A DNA stretch of 20,000 nucleotides from Pachysolen tannophilus NRRL Y-2460 (lineage: Eukaryota), in contig KV454018.1 in NCBI GenBank assembly GCA_001661245.1, forward strand, positions 356,582-376,581, in the 5' to 3' direction. The notes beneath the pieces were generated by a model, which was not told the DNA's origin, did no database searches, and worked only from the letters and a program-made list of their open reading frames with translations. The position numbers and the translations under genes are program-made. The number at the start of each line of letters is the position of its first letter. The stretch's first letter is position 1. Of this stretch, positions 8,028-15,876 are shown piece by piece.

Positions 8028-10031
8028 ATGACATCGTTAAATGGTAATAAATTAGTTCCCATAGCGCCTGCTATGGGTATAAGTGATAGCAATAATGGTG
8101 GTAATAATCATATTGGAAATGATAGTACGGCGGGTACGCCATCTCAAAAAATGTCTATATCCCCTTCCCAACAACTCCAATCTCCACCAGAGAACCAGGA
8201 TACAACAACCTCATTAACATCGGGGACTCCAGTGTTTCAGCAGCATAATCAGCAGAATAATCAGCAACATCAACTGTTGGATCAAAGACTGCAGAGTGAA
8301 GAGGTACTGAAGGAGAAAAGTAAAAGGCGTAAAGTGGATATTGCTTGTGTTTATTGTCGGAGATCACATATGATTTGTGATGACTCAAGACCATGTCAGA
8401 GGTGTATAAAGAGAAACATTGGGCATCTTTGCCATGATGAGCCTGTAAGTACAAGGCAAAAGAAAAGATATGAGGCAAAACAAGCAAAACATGGTCATCA
8501 GGTGTCACCAGCTAATTTAGAAGGAGTATCTACAACTTCAGATTTTAATAATACGCAGAAAACAACAACAACCACAACAACTTTATTTTTGAATAATAAT
8601 CAAAGCACAATGTATAATAGAAATAATGACAATCATCGTAATGACAATAAGGAAAGCAATGGAAATGATAATGATTCGATAACACAAAAAAATGGATCTT
8701 CAGAAACAATTCAAAATAACGGTAATAATTACAATAATCCAGCAGTTCCCAATGATTCTAATCCACCTCCTCCTCTTCAACAACTTACTGGAAATCAGAC
8801 CCAAAATGGTAGTGGTAATAACTTATTTTTAAGTCAGCAACCAGTTTTCTTTTCAGAGCATGCTGGAAGTGAATTTAGTTCATTGAATGAGTTTTTGCAA
8901 ATGATTGATGATCCAGAGTTTTTAATTTCAATGAATAATGATCCCATCTTACAAAATATTGATAATTCCTTGTTAACACACAATAATTCTACGGCCAACC
9001 TTCAACAAATGGGTACTAACGGTAATGGTGTATCAAACTCGTTATTTGGAGCACCTACACCTGCACCTGTATCCGCACCCGTATCCGCACAACAACAACC
9101 TCATAATTCACAATTCAATGATAATGGCAATTTATCGTTTTCTCCACTTTTCCAATCATCCACTAATTTAAATCAGTTAAACTCTGGAGGTAATAATTAT
9201 CTGCAGTCGCCTCTGCAAACGCAACAACTTCATGATCAACTCCAGCAGCAATCGCAACAGAATCCAAGTCAACAGCTGTCGCATCCTTTAGGTGCATCAG
9301 CATCGTCGGGAAATCGGACAGCTCCAACTTCGTCACAGGGACCACAACAGCCACACGCAGTTCCATTTGTATCTGATAGTGCAAGAGATAAATTTTTCTT
9401 GACAGCGGCAGATCCAACTACAGATTTCTCAGCAGAGGAAAGATTAAAACAGGTTATTAATGCAAAATTAGAAGCAGGATTATTGAAACCTTATAATTAC
9501 GCAGAAGGGTATGCAAGATTACAAAGATATATGGATAGTCATATGAACCCATCTTCAAGACAACGAATTTTGAAACCGTTATCAGTTTTTAGGCCAGCTT
9601 TTAGGGCAATTGCTAAAACATTAAAAGATATTGATTTGATATTGGTAGAAGAAAGTTTTGAAAGAATGCTACTTGATTACGATAGAGTTTTCACTTCAAT
9701 GGCCATCCCTGCGTGTCTTTGGAGAAGAACTGGTGAGATTTACAGAGGAAATAAAGAATTTGCTTCTTTAGTTGAGGTTTCCATTGATGATTTAAAAAAT
9801 GGTAAATTAACTATTTATGAATTGATGAGCGAGGAAAGTAGTGTTAATTTTTGGGAGAAATATGGTTCAATTGCCTTTGATAAGACCCAAAAGGCAGTTT
9901 TAACCAGTTGTAAGTTGAAGACAAAAGATGGTAGAAAGAAGAAAAACTGTTGTTTCAGTTTTACTATCAGAAGAGATAGATACAACATTCCAAGTTGTAT
10001 TGTAGGTAACTTTATACCTATCTCTGAATAA
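8028..10031 (+). CDS. RDS2: Zn2Cys6 transcription factor with C-terminal PAS-like domain (Rds2/Cwt1/AcuM family)
   Basis: CVYCRRSHMICDDSRPCQRCIKRNIGHLC zinc cluster; C-terminal FLTAADP...AGLLKPYNY...PACLWRRTGEIY...CCFSFTIRRDRYNIPSCIVGNFIP. Divergent from COX11, as in S. cerevisiae. Confidence 0.92.
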   Translation: MTSLNGNKLVPIAPAMGISDSNNGGNNHIGNDSTAGTPSQKMSISPSQQLQSPPENQDTTTSLTSGTPVFQQHNQQNNQQHQLLDQRLQSEEVLKEKSKRRKVDIACVYCRRSHMICDDSRPCQRCIKRNIGHLCHDEPVSTRQKKRYEAKQAKHGHQVSPANLEGVSTTSDFNNTQKTTTTTTTLFLNNNQSTMYNRNNDNHRNDNKESNGNDNDSITQKNGSSETIQNNGNNYNNPAVPNDSNPPPPLQQLTGNQTQNGSGNNLFLSQQPVFFSEHAGSEFSSLNEFLQMIDDPEFLISMNNDPILQNIDNSLLTHNNSTANLQQMGTNGNGVSNSLFGAPTPAPVSAPVSAQQQPHNSQFNDNGNLSFSPLFQSSTNLNQLNSGGNNYLQSPLQTQQLHDQLQQQSQQNPSQQLSHPLGASASSGNRTAPTSSQGPQQPHAVPFVSDSARDKFFLTAADPTTDFSAEERLKQVINAKLEAGLLKPYNYAEGYARLQRYMDSHMNPSSRQRILKPLSVFRPAFRAIAKTLKDIDLILVEESFERMLLDYDRVFTSMAIPACLWRRTGEIYRGNKEFASLVEVSIDDLKNGKLTIYELMSEESSVNFWEKYGSIAFDKTQKAVLTSCKLKTKDGRKKKNCCFSFTIRRDRYNIPSCIVGNFIPISE

Positions 10032-10541
10032 ATGACAATTTTTCATTCAGAATTTTTTCTTTATATTTTTTTTTTTTTTTCTTTCCCTTTTATTTTTCTT
10101 TCATAACTCTTTTGTAATTTTATATAATTTCATGCTGGCATCGGTTTATTTGTAACGATATTGTGATAATCTGAGTTAATGTTTTTACTTTTAGTTTAAT
10201 TCAAAAAAAAAATTATAGTTCCAATTTGCTTCATGTTGTCGCTTGTTGTATCAAGGGGCGTGCGTGTAAAAAGTGAAATCTGAAATCTGGAGAAAAAACA
10301 TTGTTCGGACAGCCTTCGCCAGGACATCATCACCTCACCTCACTTCACGCCATTGAATAAGTTCGGTAGGTTTATGGCAGCTGCTCTTTTGTGTGTTTTT
10401 TTTTTCCGTCAATTGGTGGTGATTGAGAGCCATTGTTTATATTTTTTTTTTCTTATTTTTTTTTTTTTTAATTGGTGTTGTTGATTGGGATTTGTGAATT
10501 GAAACATTTCACTGGGAGAAATTGATCAATCGGGTGGATAA

Positions 10542-11801
10542 ATGTTTAAAACAATGAATAGGTTTGTGCCTAATGGGAATTGGGTTCGGATGCTTTCTAC
10601 AAAAGTTTCAACTTCAAGTAGAACGATTATAGTGACTCCTGGCCAAGGTATATTTAAAAAAGAATCAATTGAGTTTTTAACCAAATATTTGAAATCGACT
10701 GATGAAGATTCAATTATTAGTCCTACGTTACATGAGAATGTTAATAATTTAATGGAGACATCTAACAAGGTATGTGGTTTTAATATTTCCAAATATTTGA
10801 CAGATTTGGACAATTTAAGTGGATCTGATTTACAGAAAACTTCAATTCAACAACCTTTAATGATCTTAACCGATCTGATTATTAATCAAATTTTAAAAGA
10901 TCAATTTGAATTAGATATTTATGATGATGAAAAATATCAAGTTGATTATACTCTAGGTCATTCTTTAGGTGAAATTACAAATCTAGTTTTACAAGAAACC
11001 ATCTCATTTGAAGATGGTATTAAATTAGCTCATGAGAGAGGGATATTAATGGAAAAATTAATAGGTGATGTTTTATCTAAGAAAAATGAAGGTTATAAAA
11101 TGTATGTATTAATGGTAAGACCACAATTATTTGATGCAACTCTTTTTTTTTTAAAACAAAATAAAGATATAAATATTTCCAATATCAATTCTTCAGAACA
11201 GATTGTGATTTCTGGTTTAAATTCAGATGTCTTAAAAGCTATAAATGGTTTAAAATCATGTTTAAAAAATCATGATTCAAAATTTAAACTTAAACCTATT
11301 GATTTAAATGTTGAAATTCCTTTCCATAACGCTATTTTAAAGCCAATTGTTAAAGATTTAAACAATATGATAATTAATGATGATATTAAGAGTGTAGCCC
11401 CGTTAACTAGATGGTTACCAATCCCGCTGATTTCAAATCTCGATGGTTCAATAAATAAAAATTCATCTGATTATATTGCCAAAATACTTGCAGTTACATA
11501 TCAAACAATAGATTTTAAGAAATGCCTAGAGACAATTTTACTGAAAGCTGAAACTGAAGCCCTTGCAACCGATAATAACCATGAAAATTATGGTATTTCA
11601 ACTTTAAATTTTATTAATTTTGGACCTGGAAACGTTACCAAAAACTTAATAAGCAGATTTTTCAAAAATAATGATAACGAACTAAACAGATTGAAATTAA
11701 CAATTAATAATTACTCATTGGATAGCGATGATAATATCCATGAGTTTGTTTGTGCGTTTCGTAAATTAAAGAAACCAAAACAAAAACAAGAAATTTTTTG
11801 A
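10542..11801 (+). CDS. MCT1: Mitochondrial malonyl-CoA:ACP transacylase (FabD-like)
   Basis: PGQG, catalytic GHSLG, ERG.LM, PFHN, ISN and NFGPG motifs; presequence-like N-terminus. Confidence 0.88.
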   Translation: MFKTMNRFVPNGNWVRMLSTKVSTSSRTIIVTPGQGIFKKESIEFLTKYLKSTDEDSIISPTLHENVNNLMETSNKVCGFNISKYLTDLDNLSGSDLQKTSIQQPLMILTDLIINQILKDQFELDIYDDEKYQVDYTLGHSLGEITNLVLQETISFEDGIKLAHERGILMEKLIGDVLSKKNEGYKMYVLMVRPQLFDATLFFLKQNKDINISNINSSEQIVISGLNSDVLKAINGLKSCLKNHDSKFKLKPIDLNVEIPFHNAILKPIVKDLNNMIINDDIKSVAPLTRWLPIPLISNLDGSINKNSSDYIAKILAVTYQTIDFKKCLETILLKAETEALATDNNHENYGISTLNFINFGPGNVTKNLISRFFKNNDNELNRLKLTINNYSLDSDDNIHEFVCAFRKLKKPKQKQEIF

Positions 11802-12407
11802 CAATGATTACCATCAAATACAATTTTTTTTTACAACATAATATAGAAAATAATCATTTACTTATAATTCAATATTCACTTCAACAAACCATCATTCTTC
11901 AATCAAGATCTGTAGTCATACTATAAAAGAATATGAATAATACTCATCTGGAGTCCGAAAAGGAGAGGTAGTCAACCGTCTTTCTCTTTCTCTTTCTCTT
12001 GCTTGACCTTGAGATGCCTTCTTCTTTCTATCCGGTGAGCAAGAGCTTTTCTTTTTCTGACTGGACTGCAGACTGCAAGGGCCATCCATCCATCCTTCCA
12101 TCCCCTTTACAAACAGGGGCGGGACTTCTTTTCTCTAGGAAATAGTATTGTACTTCCAATGGTTTCCCCGGACCCTCTCCGAACCGGTTGCATAGTTGAG
12201 AAGAGCCATTAAACGGCGGGCGGCGGTGGCGGCAGTTTAATATAAAGCTGGAGGAGAAGATATTACAAGATACGTCTTATATATATATATATCTATATAT
12301 TTGACATTAAATTAGGAATTGTCATTTGTTCTTTCTCTTGTTTAATTTTTTTTTACGATCATATTCGCTTGTGTGAAATAATAATTAGTGATAGTTAGTC
12401 TGGGAAA

Positions 12408-13052
12408 ATGTCAGGTTCATCTGTAGAGGAAGAAACTAAGAAAGTTGCGGAATCAGTTTTGCCGTCATCTTCAGATGATACAACAGATTCATCATTGAGA
12501 TATGCTGCTTATGCCAATAGGTTCAGGACAATCTTGTTGGCCTCGCATAGGTACATTGCTTATTCTTCTGATATTGGTGAAAGTTTTAGACCTGTTGCCC
12601 ACCCTTATTTGGTTAAATCAGGTTATCTCATTTCTTGGACTTATGTATTAGGTGATGTTGCTTTTGAAGGTTGGAAGGCAAAATTAAGAAAAGAAGGTAA
12701 ATATATTCCAGGTTTGAGACCTTGGGATAAAGTACCTGAGGCCAGTCCATTGGCAATTGCAGCAGCCAAAGATGAACCAGATTATAAATTTACAATGATT
12801 AAAAGAGGTGTATTCCAAAGTATTGCATCTATGGGATTACCAGCATTTACAATCCATTCCTCGGTCAGATATTCTTCACTTTTATTTAAAAATTCCTCAA
12901 ATAAGTTTTTGAAAACTTGGGGACCAGTTGGTGTAGGTTTGGCAATTGTTCCATTATTACCAACTTTTTTCGATGAACCGGTAGAACATGCTGTTGACTA
13001 TATTTTTGACGAGGGAGCTAAATATTTCAATACAAAGGCAAAGGTTGAATAA
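12408..13052 (+). CDS. MTFP1: Mitochondrial fission process protein 1 / MTP18 family
   Basis: LRYAAYANR...RYIAYSSDIGESFRPVAHP, FQSIASMGLPAFTIH and PLLPTFFDEPVEHAV, typical of fungal MTP18-family proteins. Confidence 0.85.
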   Translation: MSGSSVEEETKKVAESVLPSSSDDTTDSSLRYAAYANRFRTILLASHRYIAYSSDIGESFRPVAHPYLVKSGYLISWTYVLGDVAFEGWKAKLRKEGKYIPGLRPWDKVPEASPLAIAAAKDEPDYKFTMIKRGVFQSIASMGLPAFTIHSSVRYSSLLFKNSSNKFLKTWGPVGVGLAIVPLLPTFFDEPVEHAVDYIFDEGAKYFNTKAKVE

Positions 13053-13223
13053 ATCACATTTTAAACCTTGATTCAAATTATTCACCTCTTTGGAAGCTTC
13101 TCTTGTAATAATGCCTATTTATAGCATACTTCCTTTCTTGTTGCTTTATCTCCCTATCTCACTATTACTCTTACTCTTACTCTCACACATTTATAAACAC
13201 TATGTGTGTGTATATGTGTCGGT

Positions 13224-13244
13224 CGGTAATCGGAGATTATTTCT
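13224..13244 (+). promoter_or_regulatory. CGG-N4-CGG element resembling the C. albicans Tac1 drug-responsive element
   Basis: CGGTAATCGGAGATTATTTCT versus the DRE CGGA(A/T)ATCGGATATTTTTTTT, about 190 nt upstream of the PDR16 ATG. Confidence 0.5.
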
Positions 13245-13423
13245 TTTTCTTTTTCCGCTTGTGTTTTGAAAAATTGAAATTTTTTTTTTTTTTTATTCTT
13301 TTTTTTTAGCTTTTTTAGCTTTTTTGGTTGATGTTGTTGATGTGTCTAAACAAGAGTTTATATATATTAAATACGAATTTATATATTCCCTCTTAAGATT
13401 TCGAGTTTGAATGAAGTGAGATA

Positions 13424-14458
13424 ATGTTTGGTTTTTTAAGTAAAGAGGAAATAAAACCTAGTGTGAAGAAAGATTTAGGTCCAAAAATTTATGAACCTTT
13501 TGAAAAACCACTTGATGGCTTAAAATCGACTCCACGCGACCCATTAACTCTAGATCAAGAGAAACAATATTTGGAAGTTTTGAATCATTTTTTAAATGAT
13601 GAATTATCATTACCAGTACGAGAAAAACCAGAAGATTCTTTGGAGTTAAGAAAATTAACCTATGATGAAAAATCATGGTTAACAAGAGATTGTATATTAA
13701 GATATATTAGAGCATGTAATTGGAAACTTTCAGATGCTATCAAGAGACTTGAAAATTCATTGATTTGGAGAAGAGATTTTGGTATATCAGGTGGAGAGTT
13801 TCAAACTTTAACTGAAGATGTTGTAGCGATAGAGAATGAAACAGGGAAACAATTAATTTTTGGTTATGATAATGGTTGTAGGCCATGTCTTTTTTTAAGA
13901 AATGGGAAACAAAATACAAAAGCTTCATTTAGACAAATTCAACATTTAATATTTATGTTAGAATCAGTAATTGATTTTATGCCACCAGGTGAAGATAATT
14001 TAGCTTTATGTGTTGATTTTAAAGCATACCCAGAAATTTCTATTAAAGGTGCAAATATGCCATCAGTAAGTGTTGGTAAACAAATTTTACATATTTTACA
14101 ATACCATTACCCAGAAAGATTAGGAAGAGCATTATTTGTTAATATTCCATGGTATGCTAGAATTTTCTTGGATATTTGTTACCCATTTGTTGATCCATAT
14201 ACAAAACAAAAAATTTCATTTGATAAACCATTTTCTGAATTCATTCCATTAGCACAATTAGGAGTTGAATATGATGGTGATGCTAATTTCGAATATGTTC
14301 ATGAGAAATATTGGCTGCTGCTTAATAGAATTAAAGATACAAAGAGAAAACATTATATGGATAGATTTGAAAAATTGGGTGCCACTATTGGTTTAAACGA
14401 ATTGGATTTAAGAAGTGATGCACCAATTGTGGATGGAAAAGTTATTTATAAACAATAG
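13424..14458 (+). CDS. PDR16: Sec14-like (CRAL-TRIO) phosphatidylinositol transfer protein, Pdr16/Pdr17 (Sfh3/4) family
   Basis: WLTRDCILRYIRACNW, ENETGKQLIFGYDNGCRP, LQYHYPERLGRA, PFVDPYTKQK, GATIGLNELDLR. PDR16 versus PDR17 is not resolved. Confidence 0.85.
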   Translation: MFGFLSKEEIKPSVKKDLGPKIYEPFEKPLDGLKSTPRDPLTLDQEKQYLEVLNHFLNDELSLPVREKPEDSLELRKLTYDEKSWLTRDCILRYIRACNWKLSDAIKRLENSLIWRRDFGISGGEFQTLTEDVVAIENETGKQLIFGYDNGCRPCLFLRNGKQNTKASFRQIQHLIFMLESVIDFMPPGEDNLALCVDFKAYPEISIKGANMPSVSVGKQILHILQYHYPERLGRALFVNIPWYARIFLDICYPFVDPYTKQKISFDKPFSEFIPLAQLGVEYDGDANFEYVHEKYWLLLNRIKDTKRKHYMDRFEKLGATIGLNELDLRSDAPIVDGKVIYKQ

Positions 14459-14589
14459 ATATAGTACATTTAACATAAAATGAAATGATAAATAAAAAAA
14501 AGTTATACATATAGACAAACGGATAACAACGAAATAGAAGTTTTTTTTTTTTTTTTTTTACTTAAGCAAAAAGAATGAAGAAAATTAAT

Positions 14590-15036
14590 CTAACCGCGGC
14601 GAATGAGAATATAAACATTTTCCTGTTTCAAACTTGACAAAGTTCTGTAGTCACCATCAATACACATCAACAAGCCTCCAAATGAGATATATACACTTAT
14701 ATTATCATTTGAACCTTCTTCAAATTTATAAACCGTCCCATGCATCACGTAATCGTACTCGTCAGCAAGCGATCTTTCGTCAGATTTTGGAGGTCTCCAA
14801 CTAGCAACATTCCCCGTCATCGGCTCATCTATATCCTCTTCATCAACAGAAAGAGACTTGGCCAAAGCAATTGTTAACGTGTCATTCTCACTAACTGGAA
14901 ACAATTCTGAATTTATATCTAATGTGATCGTTGTCTCTTTTGTAGTCGAAGTTGCCTCGATACGTGAAACTTTGTTATATCTCGCAGAATCCACACTCTT
15001 TACTTGAAGTGTATCGTCAAATAGCGTCGATGACAT
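14590..15036 (-). CDS. RPB8: RNA polymerase I/II/III shared subunit Rpb8 (ABC14.5), 148 aa
   Basis: MSSTLFDD...LDINSELFP...[17 protein letters not shown]...SFGGLLM. First ATG at 15036. Confidence 0.97.
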   Translation of the reverse strand: MSSTLFDDTLQVKSVDSARYNKVSRIEATSTTKETTITLDINSELFPVSENDTLTIALAKSLSVDEEDIDEPMTGNVASWRPPKSDERSLADEYDYVMHGTVYKFEEGSNDNISVYISFGGLLMCIDGDYRTLSSLKQENVYILIRRG

Positions 15037-15157
15037 AGTCCCTAATAATTCCACAAAAAATATATCTCTCTAGTTCCTCCAAAAAGATCTCCTGCTCTTT
15101 GGCTTAACAACTTCTTTAATCTTCAATTACTACCGCTTATTTCTTAAAACTTCAATT

Positions 15158-15168
15158 TGAAAAATTTT
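15158..15168. promoter_or_regulatory. RRPE element upstream of RPB8
   Basis: TGAAAATTTTT about 125 nt upstream of a ribosome-biogenesis regulon gene. Confidence 0.5.
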
Positions 15169-15189
15169 ATACCTTGGGAAACAAATCAG

Positions 15190-15317
15190 TTTCCTAATTA
15201 GGAAGGTAGAGAAATAGGTAATTTAAAAAAAAAAAACCGACTTCCGGATCGGGAAACCAAAGGACAAAACAAACAAAAAAAGAACAAAATAAGCTTGCTT
15301 GCCTAATGAGGAAGGTA
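15190..15317. promoter_or_regulatory. Two Mcm1 (MADS-box) sites
   Basis: TTTCCTAATTAGGAAG (15190-15205) is one base from the palindromic P-box TTTCCTAATTAGGAAA; TTGCCTAATGAGGAAG at 15299-15314. Confidence 0.6.
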
Positions 15318-15876
15318 ATGTACTGATTTGGACAACTTAGTTTTTTAAATTAAAAAAACAATAAGTAAATACTCTTTAATCTTAACAAATAAATTCAATT
15401 ACTCAGTTACTCAATTACTCATTAGCACTGGTTTATTTTGTAATTCAATTCAATATAGGTACTTCTCCTCAGCTTGTGTAATATAGCGCCTTTATTTTCA
15501 AGTTCTTTTTTGTTTTTTGTTTTTTGTATTTGTTTAAATATTTTAATTGGCAGTTTCTTGTTCCTGTTCCTGAGGAAATTTAAGCGCTAAAAAGCAGAAA
15601 AAAACAAAAAAAATTATCAAAATTTTGTAAAGTTAGAAAAACAAAGGGCTTTTATAATGGTTATTTTTTATTATTTATTTAATTGAATTGAATTGAATTG
15701 AACCTTGATTTTTATATATATATATTTATGGCTAGAAAATAAGAGTTTGGGTGTGTGGAAGCTTTGATTGAAGGAATAAAGCAAAGTTTTTTTTTTCTTT
15801 CTTTTTTTTTTTTTTCTTTGTTTTTTGTTTTTTGTTTCTGGAAAAAAGAAAGAAGAAAAAAAAATACTTACTTAGG

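Noticed and set aside
15832..15876. N-terminal extensions in the ORF track for STE13 (also RPL5 4286-4318 and RPB8 15037-15054)
   Set aside because: Non-ATG starts in A/T-rich leader sequence; the first ATG gives a family-typical N-terminus or length.
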